DNA from: Oculina patagonica
Lineage: Eukaryota
Length of the DNA: 64,000 nt
Direction: 5' to 3'
Assembly: GCF_052425735.1 (NCBI RefSeq)
Contig: NC_135761.1
Location: 33,046,001-33,110,000 of the forward strand
Part shown: one piece after another, positions 37,867 to 49,499 of the stretch
How positions within the stretch are numbered: position 1 is the stretch's first letter
Layout: every line of letters begins with the position of its first letter
The notes under the pieces: generated by a model
Seen by the model: only the letters and a program-made list of their open reading frames with translations
Database searches by the model: none
Told to the model about the DNA's origin: nothing
Translations under genes and position numbers: made by a program

Positions 37867-38410
37867 GTAGGATCTACTGAGAGATCTGATCAGCAATAAA
37901 ATGAAATAACAAACAACTGCAAGCAAGGCTGATCATTTTACATATTTTTGGACTGTAGATCTTTTCAGATCCGATATGCTGTGCTTTTATTTAGCATGGT
38001 TTTGTCCATGCGCTTAAATGTTCGGAATGGCTGTGCCTACCACATTTAAGTTATTTTGCTTTGCGAGACTCCATCGTGACACTTTGAATTTCTTGTCCCC
38101 CGAAACACGTGATGTGGCAGCGCGTGATTCGGGGGACAAGTAAGTTCAAAGTACGGAACTTGATACAGTGTACGGGTTATTGGGCAATTTATTTGCGTTG
38201 GCCTTTGGGCTGGCGTCATTACGATTCGCTACACCGCGCTGATGAGTTCCAATAAGAACGAAACAGCTGTCCGCGGTTTCAATCCTGCTGTATCGGTTCC
38301 AGTCGTGGTGTTGTCTCGCAAAGCCTATTTTTCACGTAGTATGATCAGCCTTGCTTGCAGTTGTTTGTTATTTCATTTTATTGCTGATCAGATCTCTCAG
38401 TAGATCCTAC
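37867..38410 (+). mobile_element. Penelope/retrozyme-like non-autonomous unit bounded by a perfect 70-bp inverted repeat
   Basis: 37867-37936 is the exact reverse complement of 38341-38410; contains a hammerhead motif and a hairpin at 38081-38152. Confidence 0.7.
38233..38277 (+). ncRNA. Minimal type I hammerhead ribozyme
   Basis: Helix I ACCGCG/CGCGGT; core CTGATGA; helix II GTTC-caataa-GAAC; GAAA; palindromic helix III CAGCTG; cleavage triplet GUC ending at 38271. Confidence 0.88.
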
Positions 38411-38574
38411 GAAGGGGGGACTACGAATAGCAGCATTATCGTTTGCGGTCCCTTGCAGTTTTAGTCTAGATTTTAGGACTTCCGGTCTTCATGTATGCAG
38501 TCATGACGTTTCAAAAGAATGTATGAGAGAGTCGTTTGGTTTTAACTTCCGTTTAGGAATTCTTTGTTCCAAAC

Positions 38575-38935
38575 AGCCAATCAAAAAATTCGAATTAATT
38601 CAAAAATCCTATGTCCCCAGAGCCCTCCGTTTTCTCGTGCCAAGCCGGCTAAGAGAAACGAAAGGGCTATGGGGACGAGAAAGCCCCCTGACACATTTGC
38701 ATATCGAAGTTCCACCCACGGCCCGTTTCTACGCTCCACGTGTTTTTAGTGCGAATACTCGAACCGGGACAGTTTGAACAAAGTTAACCAATCGCAGCGA
38801 TAATTGATAACAAAGAATTGAAACAATAAGTTAACAACAAAATTTGAAAATTCAGCAACGTTGCAAATAGATGCGGACCTCTCAGGAAACCCTTCTTTCT
38901 TTTGATTGGTTAGTTTCGATCCCAAATTTGAAATA
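38575..38935 (+). promoter_or_regulatory. Putative promoter of the DM-domain gene
   Basis: CCAAT boxes near 38577, 38788 and (reverse) 38905, within ~400 bp upstream of the ATG; relatively CpG-rich. Confidence 0.4.
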
Positions 38936-38980
38936 ATTTCGGTTTTGCTTCAAAACGGGTTCAGATGCGAAGTCTTCAAG

Positions 38981-39407
38981 ATGTCGGCAACAAAAGCAAC
39001 TGCGCCAAAATGCCGGCGTTGTAGGAACCATGGTTTTGTTACGAATGTGAAAGGGCACAAAAAAGTGTGTCCGTTTCGGGATTGTTGCTGCGTTGAATGT
39101 ACCGCGCTGTTATTGGAACAGCGTGCTACTGCTGTTAAGGTGGCAAAACTTCGTGCTAAAGAAGGTAGTTAATGTGAAGTTCTGTTCGTATTCATGCATA
39201 GTTGTAACGTTGTTGAGCAGACCGAGGGGACAATTGAGCGCGCAAAGAAAAACCTTTAATAAATATGTTTATTTATGCACTGACTTACGCTAAATGCTGC
39301 TCACTTTGCTTTTGTTAGGAAATAAAGCTGCAAAAAAACAGCAAGAAGCATTGCCTGCCAAACAGGCCTCTACCGTGGGCATGACAAAAACAGTTAAGAA
39401 TGCAGAG
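38981..39407 (+). CDS. DM-domain (doublesex/mab-3, Dmrt-family) protein, exons 38981-39164 and 39319-39407; candidate last exon 54350-54418
   Basis: PKCRRCRNHGFVTNVKGHKKVCPFRDCCCVEC is the complete C-x2-C-x2-H-x8-H-x3-C-x4-C-x-C-x2-C DM module; a phase-1 GT-AG intron joins an open exon 2 (GNKAAKKQQEALPAKQASTVGMTKTVKNAE). Confidence 0.88.
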
Positions 39408-41164
39408 GTTGGTTTAGTTTGCTGTTTTTTTTCCCTTTTTGATAAAAACCTTCAAAATAAATATTAATCAAGCCGTAACGACCTTCCTGTATTTTCGGTG
39501 TATGCTTCGAAGCTGTGGAATTTGCGGCCACTAGACATCAAGCGCAATGCATCATTAGACTCTTTAAAAATCTTCTAAAACGTTTCCTAAAGAAAACTTA
39601 TTGCAGATTATTTTTCGGGGCGATTTTGCGAGTCGCACGAAGCGCCAGGGAAAAATATGTTTCACGCGACACGCTTGTATGAAGCTGCAGTGACGGGGAA
39701 AACTCACACAGCGGTCAAACGCAAAAGTTGACGTCACATCCGGTCTTCGCCGCCTCGAACTTTCGACTTGAAAGTGGGCAAACTTTTGCAAGAAATTGTT
39801 AAAGAAATAGTACGGTGAAAGAACAGTTCAAGCTGGGACACTCAGTGAAGATGAATTATCAAATTTGGCTTTAAAGCAAAAGTTTACGAAAATTTATAAC
39901 TTTGTATGGAACATTTTGGCGGCAATAGTGAAGCCTCGCTTTCGTGTTAGTAGAAAAAGAAAAAATGATATTAAACTTGGTAAAGAAAGAAGCAATGTTT
40001 AATGAAATTTGCCCACAAGGAAATATTTCTCTGGAGGAGAGGCAGTTAAGGTAGAAATTGAGGAAGGGGATGAAAGCAGCCTACTTCATGGGTTACTCCA
40101 AGCTGAAGGCAGAGGTTAAGCTGCTTCCTAGCTCAGCAGATTATTTTGCTATTGACGGAAAACGAAAAGTAAGGTCAAAATAAGTAGTTTGTCAGCAATT
40201 GAAATAACAACTGGGATTGCATGATGACAATGAAAACGTAAACATGGAGTCTTTGATAGCAAAATGGACTGAACAATGTCACCGACTATTGCCTGAAGAT
40301 TCAAGATTTCTTCTTCAATTTGATAAGCTGAAGCCTAGTGTGATATTGATGTTTGGAAGTGATGGTTATTTTCTCAACCATGTGCAGTTGAATTGTCCCA
40401 TCTGTTTGGAAATCAAGATACTGAGTTCAATGAACACACCTCGGTCGTTTTATAAAGACATGCATCATGACAATCCTAATGCCTCAACAAACGCTTAAAT
40501 GCCTGGAAAATAACTTCGTCACTGAAGAAGCACTTGCCCAAAAATGAGTGCTTCCCGGTGGACTAGTCACTCAGGTTGCTGGAGGAAACTTATTATTATT
40601 AACTTAAAATTAAATTAACTTAACATTAGAAATGTTTTATATACGTTTATTATTTATTTTCTCATTATGAATTATTATTGTAAATATTCTGTAATTAATT
40701 TTCGTTTTTATGTATTTCAATTTTTTAATACTGAAATTTTTGAATTAATGTTTCATAATCCTGGCAATATGGTCAAGTTTGAGTCAGCATTTTGGCATTT
40801 TAGTATCAGCTGTACGACATTGGATATCCGATGGACAGCTGCAAGTATGAGTCAACTTTCGTTTTTTGTAAGCTACAAATGTAAATGCGTTTGCAGTTTC
40901 AAGTAAAAGTGGAGTACCGCATGGATGATGTTGTAAAGGTTTACATAGAGGTCAACGTTTTGGATTTAAATGTTTAAACTGTAATTATAACATAATTCCT
41001 TAGACCATCATTAAAAAAAATATTTTAACATGTCCATACAGTACCTTGTGAAAAATGTTTTGGATGTAGCCTAAATAATCAACAAGAACAACGATTGATT
41101 AAGACCATATTTATAGTAAATGTAGGTTAAATGGTACCAAGGAAGCGTACACTGCAGCTTCCTG

Positions 41165-41430
41165 TATTGGAAGACAACCAGACAGTGACATATGGGTGTT
41201 TGGGGAGGACCTCCAACTCAGTGGAGATGGCTCCATTGTGGAAGATCAAACTTTACCTTTCATCTGGGTGAGGGATGTCTTCCTGCTTGAGTAGGGGGTT
41301 AGTACGAAAATAGAGCAGTGGCCACTGCCTTCTATGAAACTGCCTCTCTACTTATATGCTCTCAGAGATGTCGTTAAATCTTTGTACCTAACACTACATG
41401 ATAATGCCATGGCTGGAGTCTTTACAACAG
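41165..41430 (+). pseudogene. Decayed exon of an unidentified (probably TE-borne) protein
   Basis: IGRQPDSDIWVFGEDLQLSGDGSIVEDQTLPFIWV...LHDNAMAGVFTT ending at a GTATGT donor; contains a stop. Confidence 0.35.
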
Positions 41431-41534
41431 GTATGTGAACTGTTTTGTTTATAACATATTATTTTCCATTCTCATAAGTTAACATTTTGAGGTGAAAGAA
41501 AACTTCTGAGGAGTTTGCACTGGTTAAGAATGAA

Positions 41535-42122
41535 GGATGCTTTTCATGTTTGCGCATCATGGAAAAAGCTGGAATAAGCGAGAAAGAAGTAAGTTTAAGA
41601 ACTGTGCCTCGCTACTTACATAATGTTTTTGACCAAACCATTTTTTCAGTCACAAGATGTCTGCCACCGGGCCCAGTGGTCTGGAAGTGCATGTGGCTGT
41701 GGCTATGGCAAAAGCCAAGTACAATTTGTGACTAACTTCTATTAATTTACCTGTATATAAATAAACAACCATCTGTACAAGTCTGTCTTAGAGTGTTATC
41801 TTGAGACAAGATTGGACTGATTTTACCATGACAAAGTGGTTTTGCTTTCACCCAACCAGAAGCAGCTACCTTTTTTTGCAGGCAAGGAAGAAAGGTCTTT
41901 TAACAGAGAAAGGTCTAAAACTGCAAATTTCGCTTTGCAAGAATGATGAACAGGAAATATTCTAAAGATGTTTGGACTGAGGACAACATTTTATCTCCAA
42001 GGCGTTACTTTTGTTCACAAAACAACCCTGCAGATCAGGCGCGTGCAGCGGAAGGACAAATTTGGCGGAAAAAAAATGTGAGGGGATGAGCTTTGATATA
42101 CTGCAAAGGGACAAAAAGAAGG
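41535..42122 (+). pseudogene. Tc1/IS630-like transposase fragment (HTH to first catalytic region), interrupted at ~41620-41860
   Basis: RIMEKAGISEKEVSLRTVPRYL ... FLQARKKGLLTEK ... KDVWTED ... NPADQARA..GQIWRKK ... TAKGQKEG. Confidence 0.65.
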
Positions 42123-42319
42123 TACATGTGTAAGACTTGTGAAGTTGTTTATGGCAATCAGAAAAGGACAATTGCGACATATGACAGTTCCAGAAAGAGC
42201 GTTGAGGGATGTAATGGTGAATGGCTAGTTTGCGCAACGCAAGTTCTCAGCAATAATTCAATATCTCCAGTGTTTTTCAGTGCTGCTGTGAAACATATGT
42301 TATCCAAGCTTGCTTCTTC

Positions 42320-42578
42320 AAACAAGGTGATAATGCACCCCCAATTTCTTGTGCCTTTCAAGAGAACAGCACCGCTGCATAACATTAGCAGCTGTGCCAC
42401 TTGTGAAGGACTGCACCACAACTGCAGCAAAACCTTCTCTTTTTGAAAACTGCAATAAGTCAGCTTGGCTGCAGGTAATCAGATAAACACTGTTAATATG
42501 TTTATCGGTCAGTTCATCACTATCCAAACTACTTGAGAAGTTTGAATCATTACTGAAATAGCCTTGTACTGACTCCAT
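42320..42578 (-). pseudogene. HUH (rolling-circle Rep) endonuclease N-terminal fragment
   Basis: SVYLITCSQADL (motif I-like) ... CCSLERHKKLGVHYHL (E-x-H...HUH motif II); truncated before the catalytic Tyr motif. Confidence 0.6.
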
Positions 42579-42966
42579 AGCGCATAGAAATGAAAATCCA
42601 GTATTGCATGATGAGAAACAACTTGAAGGTTTTGTAAAAGTTAATAATTTGTCAGCCTTATCACTTCCCATTGCAGTGATTGCAAACATCCTAGGCATTT
42701 CATTGGTTTGTTGACAATATATCTTTTTCGATCACTCTCACAGTTGACTGAGCATTGTTAGCTGACTGCCGAATTCACACATTTTGCCAATGCACATCTT
42801 GTCTGCTTCGTTCAAAGGGATTTTCGTTGGCTTTCTCTGGTAATTGTGTCAATCATTTCATGCCGGTTTCACTGTAAATATTGTATATTATCATTAAGGT
42901 TAGTGGCTCGTCGATAAGTTTCATTGTAAATATTGTAAATAATTCTGGTTGCGGATTCATAAGTTG

Positions 42967-44193
42967 ATGGCGTCCAGGGAAAAAGGTTCCTGTCCTTGCT
43001 GTGCTTTTCTCTACTCCACTCGTTGGAAGCCTTCCAGCTGCCCTAAATGCGGCTTTGAACTTGGAGGTACTGCACTTGCTAAGGTTGCTAAAATATGTTG
43101 TCCGAGAGCGGTTGAAATTCATGGCGGATTGTTCTTGGTTCGATCAAGTTCATGCGACAATCGTTGCTTTGTTTACCGTGAAGGCTTGTTGTGGAAATGT
43201 CTCCACGCTGCCTGCAAGGGCATGATGGCGATATTTGTTTCCAGTGACTGTTTACAGAAGTTTTCCTGTCAACACATCAAGGAAGTAACCCATAGCGTTG
43301 GTGTAATGGGCAGATTTTATCTTTCAGAGGAAAATATGTCATCCTATCCTTGCGATGAATCAACGAAGGTTATCTTGCGCAATTTGACTACACCAAACAG
43401 TCATTGGCCTGTGTATAAAGTCTCAGATCACACTTGGTTCACCGAGTGTGAGGAATACTCTTGGCTTCTGCCACGTTAAGATACAAAGACGGGATGACAT
43501 TAACATATACAGTTGTATCTGTAAGGGTTGCGTTAGCAAAGGAAAACAGGAGAAGTCACGCACCATTTGTAGTCATCTTCATGTGTTGTTTTGTGTCCTG
43601 GCGCTGTCATCATCTGGCGACTCCAAGCCCAAAACAACTTCTGCTGCATCATCAGAAGATACTGCAACCGAAACCTCGTCTACATCTACACTTGCATCTA
43701 CCTCTTCCTTTGCGTCGTCAATTGGGGGATGCTATAGTGACTTACGCCTCTGCGTCTTCAGAAGCTAAAGTGACCGCAGCCTCTGCGTCTTCAGAAGCTA
43801 TAGCAACTGTAACTTCAGGAGCAACAATAACCTCTGCATCCTCAGGAGCTGCAATTGCAGACTCTATGGCCTCAGTGTCCAGAGTCAACACTATGGAGCT
43901 GCATTCTTCCTTTAAACTCCCATATGAGTTTGATTATCAGCTCTTAGAACTGATAAATTATAAAAATGCCGCCACATACATGGGGTCAAACGAGGGTTGG
44001 CCATTTGATGTAATGGACTCACAATGTCGAGTCTGTGGTAGTACCTTGGGTTATTCAAAGGCCCATCCTGGATCAAGAGGTGGCTCAGTGTTTTACACAA
44101 ATTTAAATGTATTCAAGGACATTGTTAACTCTGTGCGTGAATGCACCAATTCTCTGTGCAAGGCAATGCATAGAGTAATGCCAACTGAATATG
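42967..44193 (+). pseudogene. HMGXB3-like / KDZ-transposase-associated Cys-rich protein 5' region, two frameshifts
   Basis: CPCC..YSTRWKPSSCPKCG; RCFV...CLH..C...CQH; CIC...CSH (SWIM-like); WP......CRVCGSTL...RECTNSLCKAMH (CxC-type cluster); ends at a GTATGT donor. Confidence 0.6.
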
Positions 44194-45189
44194 GTATGTA
44201 TATCTTGAATGTTAATTATAATTTGATGGTTGAAATACAATTAATATGTACAAGGCTATGTGGTGAAACAGTAGACAAAATTATAGAAGGGACACAAACC
44301 TTGGAATATTTGTTTTTTTACCCACTGAATATGAAGAAAAAGTAGCTACCCGTATGGCTGATGGAGTTTGGACGACACAATTTCTTGAAAAATTTTTAGA
44401 TTCATGCCATGTTTTGGAGTGCTTCTCAATTACTGTGGCTAAGTTCAGCTGGCACCTAATTAAATCATTTCTTTGAAAAAAGAAGTTAAGAAACATTAAG
44501 AAGGTGATATTGCAAGCAGGCACTGATGATAGGAGACCTGAAGATTACTACATTATTCGTGCAGCAAAGGACATTTCTTTCCCTACCCAGAGTAGTCTTG
44601 CGGTGTGTTTGTGTGAGACCTTAATGAAGAGTATTTAGGAGGCATTCCCTTCACACGATTTTTTTAAAAAAGACGTGATTATTTTTATGCTTAGCAAAGA
44701 AAAGGTACCAATCAACAAAACTAACAGCACTTTATACATGTTTATGTAATTGCGACTTCAATTCTTGATCAAATGTCTTCAATTGTTTCTTTTTAACTCA
44801 CAGTCTCCAGTGTTATCACTGATGCTATGCAATATGTCAATTTCCCCTGACTCAAAATAAAATTCTCTGAATTTTCCCTGACCTTGAAGAAGGTTATTTT
44901 TCCTTGGCAATTCCTTTCCTGTTCAACCCTGATAGTGCAGTATGGTGCCTCTGACTTTTGCCACCTCATAAAAATCTCCAAACCACTGACCAAGAATACA
45001 ATAAAACCTCACTTCACATTGTCAACTGGAGTATGCTTAACATTTGTCGGAAAGTGGCAACACTTTTCACAATGTCATATTCTCTTACAAATGTTCCATT
45101 TCCCCTGAGCAGTATCAATGTGCCTGTTACAAGTGCAAGCTAAAACCCAAACATCCAGTCAAAGTTCAGATGGGAATAGCAGACATGCT

Positions 45190-45402
45190 CCCACAAGGAT
45201 TTGTAAATTTGATGGCATCATGGATGCTGTTCTCTTCTGTAACATCCTAAAAACCACTCTGGTTCCATTCATCGGAGAAAAGCTGCCAGACCATCCTTTA
45301 ATGCAATATAACAATGCAAAGCATACTTCAAGACAAGCAAAAGCCGAACGGAAAATGGAGGAATCAACTGGTGGCCGACTCCAGCTGAAAGTCCAGACCT
45401 GA
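45190..45402 (+). pseudogene. Tc1-type transposase C-terminal fragment
   Basis: FDGIMDA..FCNILKTTLVPFI...MQYNNAKHTS...INWWPTPAESPDL (degenerate QDNxPKH...WPxxSPDLNPIE). Confidence 0.8.
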
Positions 45403-46808
45403 TGCTAAGAAAATTCATTTAGCTGCACCTACATGATATTTCCCCACCTTGTCTTTCATTGCTATAGTCTATTGAAGCAGAAGAGGCATGTCACCTTTCT
45501 GACATTAATTTTGCAAGCACAAAATGTAACACATTTTGTTAGTCTTACAAATAGAAAGAAAGTACATATGGCTGAGATTTGGTCACATCAACATAACTTT
45601 CGCTGTCATCATCTCAGAATACTGCATTGCCCATGTGACAAGGAGAATGGGTAATGCAATGAAAAATCAACAAAAATAAATTTATTATAGTTTTCTTGTA
45701 CAGAGCAGAATGCAGGCTATGAATAAAATTTACGGTTTCATCGCATCACATTTATTTACTTAAGATCTCAGCTTCCAATTTTCCACCAACTACATTGACA
45801 TTGATTTTTGATGCAACATCCATAGTGATAAAAACACTTCATTTGCTATCGTCATGTGCAACACATTCAAAAGAAGGATGAGGTGGTCATGGAAAACTAT
45901 TACAATGAAAAGAAGGACACACACAAATCTAGTGGAAAGAGTGGAGGAAAAGGCAAAATACCCTTGGCTAACCCCAAACAAGTTTTGCCCTCAGCAACAA
46001 AACGTCCGCATCAATCTCCTTCAAAACATCAACTTCATCTATTGACAAGACTGGGAGTGAATCAGCTGAAGGGGTTTTCAATAGAGACCTCTTGTGGCAG
46101 AAGATAAAGCTTTGTAGCCAACTTGCCAGTAGCATACCAAACTCTTCACAGTTGGTGGAGTTATCAACACTGTCACAAGATAGGCTCTTGTCAGGGCCAG
46201 ATGAAGAATTCCCGGGTGGGCAACACTTGAAGTCAGGGAAGACAATGTCTCTCAACCATACTCTGAATTTCTTTAAGTTTTGATGTGTCTGAAGGCTGAT
46301 TTATCTGTGAAGGATCATGTGACAGGTTTGGTATTGACAGGTTTGGTATTCAATTCCATACATTGAATGATCCTCATAAAGTAGTTTAACTTCCATGTTG
46401 CTTTGTCTTCCCTAACTGGTGAGACATATGCCTTGTGTCTAGGATTCCCATAAAATGGATTAATTTGTTTCAATTTTAGCTACAGGATAAGGCGAAACAG
46501 ACGCCAATGAGGCAAACGCTTATACCCTCTGCAAAGGGAGAAGAGAGTGGCAAATCCCTTCCAGAAAGCCCCTTAAATGTGGATGTACCAAATACTGAAG
46601 GAGTTTCTTCGCGTCTGTATCCATAACACAAATTTATACACTTTCCTTGCCACCTATCAAGCAATAAAGAATAGCACGAAAGACCCCGTGTAAAAATAAG
46701 TTGAACATTAAATACTGTAAATTTACTGTAGAAACTCCAAACATTTGTGGTTATTACAGATTTGCACATTATCTATACGCATATCTGTACATTATCTGTA
46801 CTTCCTAG

Positions 46809-47075
46809 ATCAATTTAAAGATTTTGTCGCAGGTCTTGTAATCACACATTTTATTGGACAGTATGCAAAAACTGGTATGCAATTCTCTTGGTGTGTCCAC
46901 AACAATGTTGGGTACAAGGAGGAAGCTAAATTTCTATGCCTGAACAAAGACAAGGACTGCATCAAAGAAGTCGTTAACATCATCAAGAGTTGGAATCCCA
47001 CTTGGAAACTGAAGTATTTTATGGTGAATTATTTGATGGCAGAAATAAGTGGGATTGAACCATCAATGTACACCT
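46809..47075 (+). pseudogene. MULE transposase domain fragment
   Basis: CVHNNVGYK..AKF.C....DCIKEVVNIIKSWNPTWKLKYFMVNY..AEISGIE resembles the MULE core around the second catalytic Asp (here Asn). Confidence 0.6.
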
Positions 47076-47574
47076 TATTGACTATGTAGATAATGCTGTT
47101 TCATATACCAAAGACAATTTCAAGCCTTATAAATTTATATTACCCTTAACAAGAGAGTAATAGACAAAGTAAAAATCCTCACCGAATTGCAGGAAGCTTT
47201 ACCAAAGCTAACTGTCATACATACCGACTTGGGAGAATTGTTTGCCATTCAACAAGTCAACTGGTTTTAGTTTTTAGACCTTGCTGATGACAAACGCAAA
47301 TTTACTCTTGATTACACATGTGACAGAGAGCTGCATTTTAATACTCAAGCAGTTGCGCTGTCCTTGAAATTACATGTTTCTGTGGCAGTGATCATCTCAG
47401 CAAAATCTGGGGACTGAGAAATTGGATTCATACCCCCTCCCCCCCACCACCTTCAGGACCTCCTCAGCTGAACATCCTTTTAATACTTAATCGAATTACA
47501 GCAAAATACCAAACTAGCCTGCTTGAGGTTCTTATCACATACTTGCTTCCTTTGTCATGTTGTGTTGAGTCTAT

Positions 47575-48005
47575 TTGAAGAATTCAGAAAGGAATTTAAA
47601 GACTGCACTGCTGGAGACATGCCAATCATGGCCCTGACAGCAACAGCATTACAACTCTGTTGAAAAGCCTTAAGCAAAGTCTAGCATTAAATAAGAACTA
47701 TCAAGTCATTTTAGCAAACCCAAATCGGATGAAGATATATTTTGACAAGAAGGTACCGATGAGTAGCCAGCATGGTTTTCATAGATATGAACAAATTCTA
47801 CTACCTATTGCAAATGAATTTGCCCTTCAAAGAGAAAAATATCCTATGAACATGATATATTTAAAACTGCAGTATAGTGGCTATAGTTTTTGAGTGAGTT
47901 CTACAGGAAAAAACAGTTTGTTGGGGGCAAAACAGAACCACCTGCTAGCCTTTTTGCTCAATTCCATGCACCACAGACAACAAGCATAAAGAAGAATACT
48001 ATTGC
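47575..48005 (+). pseudogene. RecQ-type helicase fragment 3
   Basis: EFRKEF...MPIMALTATA...LANPNRMKIY...YEQILLPIANE...KYPMNMIYL...LFAQFHAPQT. Confidence 0.7.
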
Positions 48006-48347
48006 AAAGTAGGGTACATTTCACTATTATGTGGGAGTCGCCCTTGAGATGTAAACCATTATAAATATGTACCATCTGATATGTAAGTGATCTAAACATT
48101 TATTAATTTATATTATTCATAGCAAACCTCTATTTGTTGATTTATTTAAATATTGCTGTGTAAATTGGGCAAGCTGAACGCCATTGAGGTACCCGTCGAG
48201 AGGAAAACATGTAAGCACAAAGAGGTTGTAACATCCAACTTTGACCATTTGAAGGGGATGTTTCCGGTCATTGTGCAGAAGTGTTGGTGCAGTCAGGGAC
48301 TGCAGCAACTTCCCGGCTTCGCGTTTGCCAGGGGAGCTGCACTGTAT

Positions 48348-49245
48348 CAGGTGATGGTTATCTACGGGATATTTGAGGGTTACGTGGCACACATCAGTCA
48401 TGTCGACGTACCAAGAGAGATGATGGCTGGAGCTACATTGTACCTGCTCCAAGTGGGAATGCCCTCTTCCATGAAACCGATGAAAATGGACTTTATGACC
48501 ACACAGTTGCAGAGATCAAGCCTGGGACCTACCAGTTGCCGCTGGCGGTCCTGGATTATTGCACCCAGGAAGGGAGGTGCGTTAAAAGAAAAAAAGGAAG
48601 CAGAAGATCATGGCCATGCCGGTGCCATGTGAGGCAGGTGATGGTTATCTGCGGGATATTTGAGGGTTACGTGGCACACATTAGTCATGCCAAGAACCAA
48701 GAGAGATGATGGCTGGAGCTACATTGTACCTGCTCCAAGCAGGAATGCCCTCTTCCATGAAACCGATTAAAATGGATATTTTGCGGAGACTTAATGACCA
48801 TGCAGTATTTTTAAAGCCAAGTTCAAAACACACCTTTTTCATCGTGCATTTTTATCATAGTTGTTTTTAAATTATACTCTACTTTTAATAATTGTAGTTT
48901 TAGCTTTTTTTGAATTATTCTAAGTTTACCTTTAATTGTACTTTTAGCTTTTTAAATTCATTGTAAGTTAAATCTTAATTGTAATTTTAGTTTTTAGCTT
49001 TTTTATTCCATTTTTAATCTTGTAATGCGCATTTGAACATTTTATGAAATTTGCGCACTATAAATGTTATTGTTATTATTATTATTATTATTACTATTAT
49101 TATTATTATGCAGTTGCAGAGATCAAGCCTGGGACCTACCAGCCGCTGCTGGTGGCGCTGGATTATCACACCCAGGAAGGGAGATGCATTAAAAGAAAAA
49201 AAAAAGCAGAAGATCATGGCCCTGTCGGTGCCCAGCGAGGTCCAA
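48348..49245 (+). repeat. ~287-bp tandem duplication (copies from 48348 and 48635; third partial copy 50849-50973)
   Basis: CAGGTGATGGTTATCT...GCTACATTGTACCTGCTCCAAG...CAGTTGCAGAGATCAAGCCTGGGACCTACCAG is repeated. Confidence 0.85.
48807..49107 (+). mobile_element. 5'-truncated L2/CR1-group LINE 3' end with (TAT)n tail
   Basis: FKAKFKTHLFHRAF*, AT-rich UTR, GCGCA stem-loop, (TAT)n; 7-bp TSD ATGCAGT (48800-48806, 49108-49114); absent from the upstream duplicate copy. Confidence 0.85.
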
Positions 49246-49499
49246 ACCATGAGGACATTTGTCACTAGCTTGAAGAGGTGTCGAAAGCAGCACAACTCTC
49301 ACTCACTCAAATTTGAAGCTGAATGTGACAGAGTGGTAGATATGCTGATAAACGAGAATGCCAAGACCTTCAACATTGCCTTGGACAGAGTTCTAAGTGG
49401 AATGACACGTGAAGTGTGTAGTGCCAAGGAGCCCCCAATCCCATGTCTTGTGCAATGAAGGGTGTAGTGAAGAGTGGTAAACGGAAAAGGCATGTTATT

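Noticed and set aside
49014-49295. Poly-Ile/poly-Tyr ORFs
   Set aside because: Produced by the (TAT)n tail of a LINE insertion
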